From an uncultured virus (IMG/VR IMGVR_UViG_3300013103_000007) (lineage: Duplodnaviria > Heunggongvirae > Uroviricota > Caudoviricetes), in IMG/VR virus record IMGVR_UViG_3300013103_000007: a stretch of 20,000 nt of DNA; one strand, 5' to 3'. Made by a program: the position numbers and the translations under genes. The notes below the pieces were generated by a model. It was not told the origin of the DNA and did no database searches. It was given only the letters and a program-made list of their open reading frames with translations. Shown here one piece after another: positions 1 through 7,639 of the stretch (within the stretch, counting starts at the first letter, position 1; the number at the start of each line of letters is the position of its first letter).

Positions 1-624
1 ATTGATAATAATACACAGAATAATGGGCAAGATACAAATTATCATAATAATGATCATGCAACTGTTCATTCGACATATGATTCTTCTAATTTGGGGGGGC
101 ATGATGTTGTTGATAGATCTTCGCATAATGATGGTGTAAAAACAGCTCATTATAATTCTGATAATGGATCTGCTGATACAACACAAAAAGCAACTGACAA
201 TGGAACAGTTCTTTCCTCAAATGATAATTCTGCGCATGGTGGCTTAAATTCAAGTGTTTTAAATGGGGATGACGGATCTTATTTAAGTGGTTATAATAAC
301 GGATATGATAGTGGTGATGATTATGGTTATCACAGCACACATTATTCAGGTCGAGATAGCACCAATTATTCTGGACATGATAATGGTGATAATGGAACAG
401 TTTTAAGCACACATAATGAATCATATCATACTTCTCAAGATGTTGGGGTCGATGCATCCGCGCAGACTGGGTATGAATATACGGATCAAACTACATATAA
501 TACAAATTTATGCTCATCCCATAATAACGCTGTTTATTCCGGTTATGATAATGGGTTAAATACATCACATGATGGAACTAATGATACGACCGTCAAAGCT
601 ACTTTTGATGGTGGTTATGCATAA
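1..624 (+). CDS. Low-complexity N/D/S/T/H/Y/G periodic repeat protein, 5'-truncated; putative radical SAM/glycosyltransferase substrate (paralog 1)
   Basis: Frame 1 is open from base 1 (IDNNTQNNGQDTNYHNNDH...) to TAA at 622-624, so the TTG at 91 is probably internal. It shows a tetrapeptide register (DNGT VLSS NDNS AHGG LNSS VLNG DDGS YLSG YNNG YDSG), and its C-terminus resembles that of the next gene. Confidence 0.85.
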   Translation: MDNNTQNNGQDTNYHNNDHATVHSTYDSSNLGGHDVVDRSSHNDGVKTAHYNSDNGSADTTQKATDNGTVLSSNDNSAHGGLNSSVLNGDDGSYLSGYNNGYDSGDDYGYHSTHYSGRDSTNYSGHDNGDNGTVLSTHNESYHTSQDVGVDASAQTGYEYTDQTTYNTNLCSSHNNAVYSGYDNGLNTSHDGTNDTTVKATFDGGYA

Positions 625-655
625 ATTTTAAAATAATATAAATGGGGTTCTTATT

Positions 656-1630
656 ATGTCATATGTTTGGACTGATGATCCGTTAACCATAAACACTCAA
701 GTGTTTATGCAACATATAGTTGAATTGCGGGAAAAAATTAATATTGAAAGGCAGAATCGTTCTTTATCTAATAGCCTATGGACAGATAATAATTTAAACA
801 ATCAAAATATTAAACCTGTGCATGTCGAAGAATTAAGAACTTCAATAGATGAAGCAAAAACAATTTCAGCTTGTACTTCTCATAATGCAAATTATGATGG
901 AACTGAAAATAGTTCATTTGATAATTCTGATGATAATGTTGTATATAATAACCATGATACAGATTTTGATGGATCATTTGCAACAAATTGTACGGCTGTT
1001 GATACAACACATGATTCAATAGCCAATGGCAATCATAATATATCTGATGATGCATCTGAAAATTTAACTGTGCATTCTGGGTATAATGGAACTGATGATT
1101 CATCACAATACATATCAGTTCTAACAACACATAACTCCAACCAAGATACTACACACGATTCTTCAAATTATGGAACAAATGATGGATCCAGAAATGTATC
1201 ATATGAATCAAGTGATGATTCTGGTGCAAATAATTCTGTTTATTCATCGAATGATTCAGGAGTTGACTCATATGATAATTATTCTGTCGATTCCGGAGAT
1301 AATTATGCATATGATTCTTATGATGATGGAACAGTTCAATCAAATTATGATGGAACAGTTCAATCAAGTAATTTGGTAGGGGCTGATGCTTCTGATGATA
1401 CAACAGTTAATGCAACATATAATACAACAGTTCATGCAGCAGCGGACGGGACAAAATATTCAGGTCATTTGCAAGGTGTTTATTCAACATATAATAGCAC
1501 TGTACAATCATCACATAATAATAGTGAATTAAATGATAATCATTCTGGGTATAATAATGATTTAAATACATCAATTCATGGAAGCTATAATGGATCCGAT
1601 TGTCAGTCAGTCGGCAATGGTGGAGAATAA
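656..1630 (+). CDS. Repeat protein with duplicated WTD..HxxELR N-terminal motif and a 4/8-residue periodic core; putative modified virion-associated protein or precursor (paralog 2)
   Basis: 324-aa ORF with GGGG upstream of the ATG. The first ~70 aa contain WTDDPL..QHIVELREKIN and WTDNNL..IKPVHVEELRTSID, followed by ~250 aa of X-(D/N)-(S/T/G)-(S/T/G)-type tetrapeptides. Confidence 0.85.
   Translation: MSYVWTDDPLTINTQVFMQHIVELREKINIERQNRSLSNSLWTDNNLNNQNIKPVHVEELRTSIDEAKTISACTSHNANYDGTENSSFDNSDDNVVYNNHDTDFDGSFATNCTAVDTTHDSIANGNHNISDDASENLTVHSGYNGTDDSSQYISVLTTHNSNQDTTHDSSNYGTNDGSRNVSYESSDDSGANNSVYSSNDSGVDSYDNYSVDSGDNYAYDSYDDGTVQSNYDGTVQSSNLVGADASDDTTVNATYNTTVHAAADGTKYSGHLQGVYSTYNSTVQSSHNNSELNDNHSGYNNDLNTSIHGSYNGSDCQSVGNGGE
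1323..1367 (+). repeat. 24-nt period tandem duplication (21 bp identical, ATGATGGAACAGTTCAATCAA) encoding DGTVQS twice
   Basis: Identical copies at 1323-1343 and 1347-1367, exactly 8 codons apart. Confidence 0.9.
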
Positions 1631-1659
1631 ATTTTTTAAAAATTTAATATGGAGCAATT

Positions 1660-1992
1660 ATGAATTTTATTGAAATATTGGAAGAATCACCGAAAGATGC
1701 AGCACTGGCTTCTTTAACAGCTATTTTGTTAAAGAATAATTTTGAAGATCAAAGAAATATGTATGAGCAATTGAGGGAATATTTCAAGGCCAATAAAGAT
1801 AATTTAGATGCACATATGTCTAAAGTATTTGAAATATTTAAAATCGAAAAAGCAAACAATGAACTATTGTTAAATGCTTTGATGGTTGGTGAAAAAAATA
1901 CAACAATATTATTAAAAAACAAATATGAGCAACATGCGCCAAAATCCACGGGTGCAAAAATGTCACCTAAAATCAAACAATGGTGGGAATAA
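1660..1992 (+). CDS. Hypothetical protein (110 aa, predicted helical) within the radical SAM cluster
   Basis: GGAG Shine-Dalgarno at 1651-1654, ATG start, normal protein composition. Confidence 0.75.
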   Translation: MNFIEILEESPKDAALASLTAILLKNNFEDQRNMYEQLREYFKANKDNLDAHMSKVFEIFKIEKANNELLLNALMVGEKNTTILLKNKYEQHAPKSTGAKMSPKIKQWWE

Positions 1993-1996
1993 TATA

Positions 1997-2179
1997 ATGG
2001 AAATTAATATCGAAAAAGCTATAGCATTACGTGATATATCGAATTTTCGTAGTGAATATGAATCCACAATTGCAAATGATAAAACGACTCCTGAAATACA
2101 GGAAATAAAAAATGGATACAAAAACACATTATTGTTATCCAATATTACATTAATTCGAAATAAATATCTAAATTCTTAA
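1997..2179 (+). CDS. Hypothetical protein (60 aa)
   Basis: ATG at 1997 (MEINIEKAIALRD...) lies 4 nt after the upstream stop and is preferred over the overlapping 1925 start. The ORF fills the gap to the radical SAM gene. Confidence 0.65.
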   Translation: MEINIEKAIALRDISNFRSEYESTIANDKTTPEIQEIKNGYKNTLLLSNITLIRNKYLNS

Positions 2180-2196
2180 AGGATGCAGCGAATATT

Positions 2197-3414
2197 ATGA
2201 ATTGCATAGATGAATACCCAAAGGCCATTGAAGAAAAAATTTTAAATCGAATCTCAGGAATTGAATTAGTTGTATCTGAAAAATGTCAAAATAATTGCAA
2301 GTATTGTTATCGGGTTAAAAAACATAATGCTTCACCAATAACATATATAACACCAAGTAAAGCCAGATTGTTATTAAATAATTTTTTAGAAACATTTAAA
2401 ATCGATGTTGGTTTCTATTCATCCAGATGCGGTGAATTATTTGGTGGTGATGCTGGTGTAAATTATCAATATTTAAAAGAAATTATTCATATAATGATTT
2501 CTGAGTTCAAATTTAGAAATGTTGTTATACCAACCAATGCCAGACTTTTACAAGAATTAGCCCAACCTGATTTAATAGATTTATTGGAAGCTGGTGAAAA
2601 TAGAGTTTCATTTAGCTTGTCTGTTGATGGCAGCCCACAGGATGCACAAAGATCTCTATCCAAATTTGGTAAAATGTTATCTTATGATGAAAAGATAAAT
2701 TATCAAAAATTGGTCGCTATGGCTAAAAAATATCATTTTGGGTTTCACCCAATGTTGACTTTTGAATCTATTTCAACATGGCTTGATACTGTAAAATCAT
2801 TTTTTGATATGGGTATTGTTCCATATCTTCTGGAGGTTCGGCATCCGTTAATGAAAGATAATGCAATTGATGCTGTTAAAACTTTAGGTAAAATACGACA
2901 ATTTTTAGAACCACGAATTGATAAACAAACGCTTAGGCAATCTAATACTTTGTCTATGTCAATTGTACCACGTGGGTTGGGATGTTCGGCATTGACCACA
3001 ATATCAATTATGCCAAATGGAGATTTACCATTTTGTCATAGAGTTGTTGACCCGCCGTGGGTAAAAGGAAACGTTCTTGAAAAAACAATTAATTTTTCAA
3101 AAATGATTTCTGAAACTTCTATTTATAATCATCGTAACCATCCGTTATGTATGGCCTGTGTTATTCGTGATTTGTGTGCAGGTCAATGCGCAGGTGCATC
3201 ATATGAATACTGGGGCGATCCCTGGATTCCAATTGAATCCATTTGTAATTTTCAACGATTGAAAACTTATATCTTTGCTGAAATTTTTGATGATTGGAAG
3301 AATATATATGATAGCCATAATCAACATTCAATTGAAAAAGATACATTAAAAAATACAGTTGAGAATACATATGGTGCAGATACAATAAACAAATTATTGT
3401 CGGAGCTGCAATGA
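2197..3414 (+). CDS. Radical SAM protein with C-terminal SPASM-type domain
   Basis: CxxxCxxC (CQNNCKYC), FGGD, PTNA and SLSVDG motifs. SPASM-like Cys array: CSAL..ISIMPNGDLPFCH...CMACVIRDLCAGQC...C. Confidence 0.92.
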   Translation: MNCIDEYPKAIEEKILNRISGIELVVSEKCQNNCKYCYRVKKHNASPITYITPSKARLLLNNFLETFKIDVGFYSSRCGELFGGDAGVNYQYLKEIIHIMISEFKFRNVVIPTNARLLQELAQPDLIDLLEAGENRVSFSLSVDGSPQDAQRSLSKFGKMLSYDEKINYQKLVAMAKKYHFGFHPMLTFESISTWLDTVKSFFDMGIVPYLLEVRHPLMKDNAIDAVKTLGKIRQFLEPRIDKQTLRQSNTLSMSIVPRGLGCSALTTISIMPNGDLPFCHRVVDPPWVKGNVLEKTINFSKMISETSIYNHRNHPLCMACVIRDLCAGQCAGASYEYWGDPWIPIESICNFQRLKTYIFAEIFDDWKNIYDSHNQHSIEKDTLKNTVENTYGADTINKLLSELQ

Positions 3415-4376
3415 AATGTTTATTTATAAATTTAGATAGAGGTGCTGGGGTTTCATTAATTGGTGAATTGTTTTTAGATATTATAAAAAGATTTGGTGGA
3501 ATCAATTCGATCGATGTTTATACGACCCAATGTATAAATCAATCTAAAGAATTTATAAATTACGAATATGATATTGCAATAATAAATGATTATTCGCCTC
3601 ATGCAATGACATATAAAAATATATTTGCAAATAATAAATTCAAATATATTTTAAATATATCGCATGGTACACTATCACAAATTCCTGACTGGATGACTGG
3701 GTCAATTGATTTAAATTATGAATATGTAATTAACCCAAATCATAAAGCCCGAAATATAAATAAAATTTTTCCATTACATTTTGTACCAGGTAATATATGG
3801 GAAAATAAAGATAAACCAAGAATAAATGATAGATTTGTATACGCCGGTAGAATATCAAATGATAAATTGCCGTGTGACGTTTTACAAAAGTTGAATTGTA
3901 ATATTGATGTTTATGGTTTTATCACAGACCAAAAATACTATGAAACAATTAAACATTTGATTAATTATTGTGGTGAAGCTGACCATAAGCGATTGGTCGA
4001 TGTTTATAATTGTTACAGATATAGTATTTTATTCTCCAACACTGAATGTTTATCAATATCATTACGTGAACAAATAATGTGTGGCACAACCCCATTAATT
4101 ATTGATAAGCAAGGTTATTCAAAATCAATAAATCAATATGTCATAAATTATGATGTTGATAATTTTGGAAAAAATCGACTGCCAATAAATTTAAATTTGA
4201 ATACTTATGTATTTGATTTTAATAAAATGATTTTGAATTTTTTATTAATATTGCGTGGCATAACATTATGCAATTTAACATTTAAGAAAAATAATATTAA
4301 AGAGGTTAACCATCTACACAAACGAAGAACAGGAAATTTAGATTATTCATATGATATCGTAAATTGGAATTTTTGA
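3411..4376 (+). CDS. Glycosyltransferase, GT-B/GT4-like (divergent)
   Basis: FVYAGRISNDK motif and Ex7E motif (ECLSISLRE) followed by QIMCGTTP. ATGA overlap with the radical SAM gene indicates translational coupling. Confidence 0.75.
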   Translation: MKCLFINLDRGAGVSLIGELFLDIIKRFGGINSIDVYTTQCINQSKEFINYEYDIAIINDYSPHAMTYKNIFANNKFKYILNISHGTLSQIPDWMTGSIDLNYEYVINPNHKARNINKIFPLHFVPGNIWENKDKPRINDRFVYAGRISNDKLPCDVLQKLNCNIDVYGFITDQKYYETIKHLINYCGEADHKRLVDVYNCYRYSILFSNTECLSISLREQIMCGTTPLIIDKQGYSKSINQYVINYDVDNFGKNRLPINLNLNTYVFDFNKMILNFLLILRGITLCNLTFKKNNIKEVNHLHKRRTGNLDYSYDIVNWNF

Positions 4377-4391
4377 AGATAGAGGAATATA

Positions 4392-5972
4392 ATGGTTAAA
4401 TATGATTTAAATGATATTGGATTTAATTATAAAGGCATTTCAACATCTAAAACAAAATCAGCTAAAATTGAAGGATCTGATTGGGTGGTTGATGATATCC
4501 CAGTTGATGTAGATACTAATGATGCAATTTCTTTTGTAAAGAACTTTATAAAAGGTATTACAGCCATTGAAATACCCACGTCTTTGGTTTGTAATCTACG
4601 ATGTAGATATTGTTATATAGATGATCCTAGAATGAAAAATAAGGTTGTTTCAAGCGATGTGGTGCACAAGATATTAAAAGAAAGTTCTGAAATGTTTCCA
4701 TCGTTATCGCCGGATGAAAAAGTTAGAAAATCATTAACAAAAGATGGAAAAGTTTATTTATCTCCGTGGGGAGCCGAACCATTTGCAAATATTTCAACTC
4801 TTGAAACTATGCAACAATTTGCAAGAGAAACATATGGCAAAGGTAATTATAAATTAAATACTTCAACGAATGGAACGTTTTGGAATAAACGGATTGAAAA
4901 TTTATTTCACAATATGATTGTTGATGAAGCATTTACATCAATTCAAGTATCGTTAGATGGGCCAAAATCACTACAAGATTTTCAAAGGCCAATATTAGGC
5001 GGCGCAGGTTCATATGATAAGATTGAAAATTTTGTTGGAAATCTATCCCATTTATCAAAAGAACATAATTTAAAGAATAGACCATATACGTTTTGTTCAA
5101 CTATTCATTTAAAAGACGAAAAATTTGCAGACAATTGGATAGCAGCAGCTGAATTTTTTTCAACCCCGAATAAATGGTATACATCTTTACCCGTATTGCC
5201 GATGCGTATGTCTGGTGAAGATATGGATAATAAAGAATTAGTTAATCGATTCTTGGATGCTCAACGAAAAATGGTTGAACTTGTAAAACGTAGAACTAAA
5301 GAAAATATAACAACTATTGATTTTTATTCATATAAATTATTTGGCAACACGAGCAGTAGAAGTAAAAATGCATTTCCATATTGCTCAGCATTAAACACCC
5401 AAATTGGGGTGGACGTCGATGGATCTCTTTATCCATGCCATGGCCCAATAACAACACCAATGCAAAAACCATTTTTATGGTACGGAAATCTTTTTGATAA
5501 AGTTATTTCATATAGACAATTATATAGAAATTTCAGTTATCAATATGGAACCTTGTGGACAAGAGCCAGATGTGTTGATTGCCCGGTATATAACTATTCA
5601 AGTGGTAATGTTTGTTGGAGTTGTCCTATTCATAATTTAGGTGTTACAGAAGAGCCATCTATGGATAGTCTACATAAATGTTTTGCATATGAACAAGCGT
5701 ATAAATATTGGATTCAGATAGCAAAAATGACAATTAACAATCCAATACTAAATGATATACCCAGTGGGTGGTTTAATGACAATAGTGTAAATTTACCCAT
5801 TGTGAAAAACCCAATTGAAGCAATTGATAAGAATTCTCATTTCAACATGGCGTATGATGGAATGATTGATAGGGGCATTCGTAGATTTATTCCTGGTGGG
5901 AATTTTGAAAATGTCCAATTTAAAGATAGTTGGTGGAATTTCAATAATTATATTGAAATTATAAACAAATAA
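4392..5972 (+). CDS. Second radical SAM protein with SPASM-type domain
   Basis: CNLRCRYC, WGAEP, STNGT and VSLDGP motifs. C-terminal CSAL..IGVDVDGSLYPCH...CVDC...CWSC...C. GAGG upstream. Confidence 0.92.
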   Translation: MVKYDLNDIGFNYKGISTSKTKSAKIEGSDWVVDDIPVDVDTNDAISFVKNFIKGITAIEIPTSLVCNLRCRYCYIDDPRMKNKVVSSDVVHKILKESSEMFPSLSPDEKVRKSLTKDGKVYLSPWGAEPFANISTLETMQQFARETYGKGNYKLNTSTNGTFWNKRIENLFHNMIVDEAFTSIQVSLDGPKSLQDFQRPILGGAGSYDKIENFVGNLSHLSKEHNLKNRPYTFCSTIHLKDEKFADNWIAAAEFFSTPNKWYTSLPVLPMRMSGEDMDNKELVNRFLDAQRKMVELVKRRTKENITTIDFYSYKLFGNTSSRSKNAFPYCSALNTQIGVDVDGSLYPCHGPITTPMQKPFLWYGNLFDKVISYRQLYRNFSYQYGTLWTRARCVDCPVYNYSSGNVCWSCPIHNLGVTEEPSMDSLHKCFAYEQAYKYWIQIAKMTINNPILNDIPSGWFNDNSVNLPIVKNPIEAIDKNSHFNMAYDGMIDRGIRRFIPGGNFENVQFKDSWWNFNNYIEIINK

Positions 5973-5987
5973 TTTTTGGAGGTTAGC

Positions 5988-6272
5988 ATGACTAATTTTA
6001 TACTGAAAGATGCATCATCAACCGAAGTTGTAAATGTAAATCTTACAAATTCACAGATTAGCGGAGACACTACACGGTTAAACATTGGAATAACTTTGCC
6101 TGATGGCGTTATTACACTTGGTTCATTTTTCAGTCAATTTGGGCTGGTATGTTCTTTTACTTTGGATGGGGCACAGGTTTGCTCGGGGACTCTTCGGTCT
6201 ATTAATATTTCATCCACACAAAATGAAGCCGGAGATGATTTTGATAATTTCCAGTTTGGTGTTGAGCTTTAA
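5988..6272 (+). CDS. Hypothetical beta-rich protein (94 aa), last gene of the radical SAM cluster
   Basis: GGAGG at 5978-5982 precedes ATG 5988, a better start than TTG 5976. The gene is followed by a terminator. Confidence 0.75.
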   Translation: MTNFILKDASSTEVVNVNLTNSQISGDTTRLNIGITLPDGVITLGSFFSQFGLVCSFTLDGAQVCSGTLRSINISSTQNEAGDDFDNFQFGVEL

Positions 6273-6284
6273 ATAATATTAACT

Positions 6285-6334
6285 AATTAATATGGCTGGG
6301 TGGTATATCATGTCCAGCCATATTAATTGTTTTT
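6285..6334 (+). terminator. Intrinsic terminator-like hairpin closing the radical SAM cluster
   Basis: Perfect 15-bp inverted repeat AATTAATATGGCTGG (6285-6299) / CCAGCCATATTAATT (6314-6328), followed by GTTTTT. Confidence 0.8.
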
Positions 6335-6382
6335 ACCCCCTCCTTCCGACATCTTTCTGTAATACCCCCCATACGTTCAAAC

Positions 6383-6401
6383 AATTTAACTATATATATT
6401 A
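6383..6401 (+). promoter_or_regulatory. Candidate phage early-type promoter motif AATTTA-N4-TATATATTA
   Basis: Intergenic, upstream of the small-gene block. The same motif with the same spacing occurs on the minus strand at 16501-16483. Confidence 0.4.
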
Positions 6402-6482
6402 TTATCTAATACAATACACCCAATAATTTGAAATTTTATTATGCGGAGATACTCAATGAAAAAATATTAAATAGGAGATAAA

Positions 6483-6743
6483 ATGTTTGATCCATATAAA
6501 AATTTATCAGATAACGAAATTTTATTTCAAATATTTAATTATATTGAACCAAAATTTAAATCTAACCGCAGATTTAAATTATTAGCCCCATGTAAAAAAA
6601 CAGTTCCTAGATATACAATCAGTCAATTGGCTGTTGAATATGAAAGAAGAACTGGGTTACAATTATCAGCTAGTGTGTATGTAAATCTTTTTGAGCAGCA
6701 TAAAAAACGGTGGGAGGAATGGAAAATAAAAAAGAAAAAATAA
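6483..6743 (+). CDS. Hypothetical basic protein (86 aa)
   Basis: AGGAG Shine-Dalgarno before the ATG; Lys/Arg-rich. Confidence 0.75.
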   Translation: MFDPYKNLSDNEILFQIFNYIEPKFKSNRRFKLLAPCKKTVPRYTISQLAVEYERRTGLQLSASVYVNLFEQHKKRWEEWKIKKKK

Positions 6744-6904
6744 ATAGTGATATATTATGTTGTAATGAGTGTGCCTTATTAAACCCAATGCAACCATGTG
6801 AAGCATGTCCGAATAACCCAAACCAAGGAGAAAAAAATGATAGGTTTGTTAGAGATAGAATTAATTGTGGAACAATTAAATACGGAGATTTATACGCAGA
6901 TTGA
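6719..6904 (+). CDS. Possible small Cys-rich (2x CxxC) protein
   Basis: CCNEC...CEACPNNP falls in the otherwise empty 6744-6836 gap, but the ORF overlaps both neighbours (68 nt downstream). Confidence 0.35.
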   Translation: MENKKEKINSDILCCNECALLNPMQPCEACPNNPNQGEKNDRFVRDRINCGTIKYGDLYAD

Positions 6905-7118
6905 ACATGATGAAGTAATGGTTACAGTTACTTCAACAGGGTTCGGTATTATGATTAATTTTTTGAATATTGAATTATGGAATTCGGAAGATGATGGACG
7001 CAGTTATCTTGATGAAGAAAATGATATAATGGAAGATTTGGAAATGTATTTACGTAGTCGTATTGTTGAAGAAATCAATGTTATTTCAACAATTGACTTG
7101 GGTATAGATATAGTGTAA
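6837..7118 (+). CDS. Small highly acidic hypothetical protein (93 aa)
   Basis: AAGGAG precedes ATG 6837 (MIGLLEIE...). About 22 D/E against 3 R and no K. TAATG overlap with the next gene. Confidence 0.8.
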   Translation: MIGLLEIELIVEQLNTEIYTQIEHDEVMVTVTSTGFGIMINFLNIELWNSEDDGRSYLDEENDIMEDLEMYLRSRIVEEINVISTIDLGIDIV

Positions 7119-7639
7119 TGAATAATACAATGAAGGCTGAAATTTACGCTTTTGGTAAACATCTTTATCAAAGGCGTAAATATACAAATGAATTATATTT
7201 TACACATTTGTATAATGTAGCTGAAATTGTTAGGCAAGTTCCACATATCTCGGATATGATAGCAGCTGCATTTTTACACGATGTGGTGGAAGATACGGAT
7301 GCAACCATGGATGATATTAGAAGAATTTTCAATTGGAATATTGCAACTCTTGTTGAAATGCTAACCGATGTTAGTCGTCCAGCAGATGGTAATAGAAAAA
7401 GGCGAAAGCGTATTGATTTATTACATACCAAAATTGCAAACCCAGATGCAAAAACAATAAAACTAGCAGATTTAATTGATAACAGCAAATCCATAATAAT
7501 ATTTGACCCAAAATTTGCAAAAGTTTATATGGCAGAGAAGAAACTTTTGCTCGAAGTTTTGAAAGAAGGTGACAATACATTATGGAAAGAGGCTAAACAA
7601 ATTGTTGATAATTATTACAAGGAGAATAAAGGAGAATAA
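7118..7639 (+). CDS. HD-domain protein, RelA/SpoT-hydrolase (Mesh1/small alarmone hydrolase)-like
   Basis: HxxQRRKY...YFTH, AAFLHDVVEDT, LTD and IKLADLIDN motifs, typical of stand-alone (p)ppGpp hydrolase-type HD domains. Confidence 0.88.
   Translation: MNNTMKAEIYAFGKHLYQRRKYTNELYFTHLYNVAEIVRQVPHISDMIAAAFLHDVVEDTDATMDDIRRIFNWNIATLVEMLTDVSRPADGNRKRRKRIDLLHTKIANPDAKTIKLADLIDNSKSIIIFDPKFAKVYMAEKKLLLEVLKEGDNTLWKEAKQIVDNYYKENKGE

Noticed and set aside
86..1403. His/Tyr/Asn-rich minus-strand ORFs (86-457, 810-1130, 1149-1403) and Met-rich + strand ORF 1170-1379
   Set aside because: Shadow frames produced by the repetitive GAT/AAT/CAT codons of the real + strand genes.
1..1630. Repeats as a CRISPR array or a true ice-nucleation protein gene
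   Set aside because: No constant DNA repeat-spacer structure, and the repeats are degenerate and at protein level. The AGYGSTxT consensus is absent, so only the periodicity is analogous.
2197..5972. Naming the rSAMs as anSME, PqqE, QueE or NrdG
   Set aside because: No sulfatase, pqq, que or nrdD genes in the window. Length and SPASM arrays do not fit QueE/NrdG, and the motifs are too generic for a symbol.
6336..6370. C-rich patch giving AAGGAGG on the minus strand
   Set aside because: No suitably spaced start codon or meaningful ORF follows.
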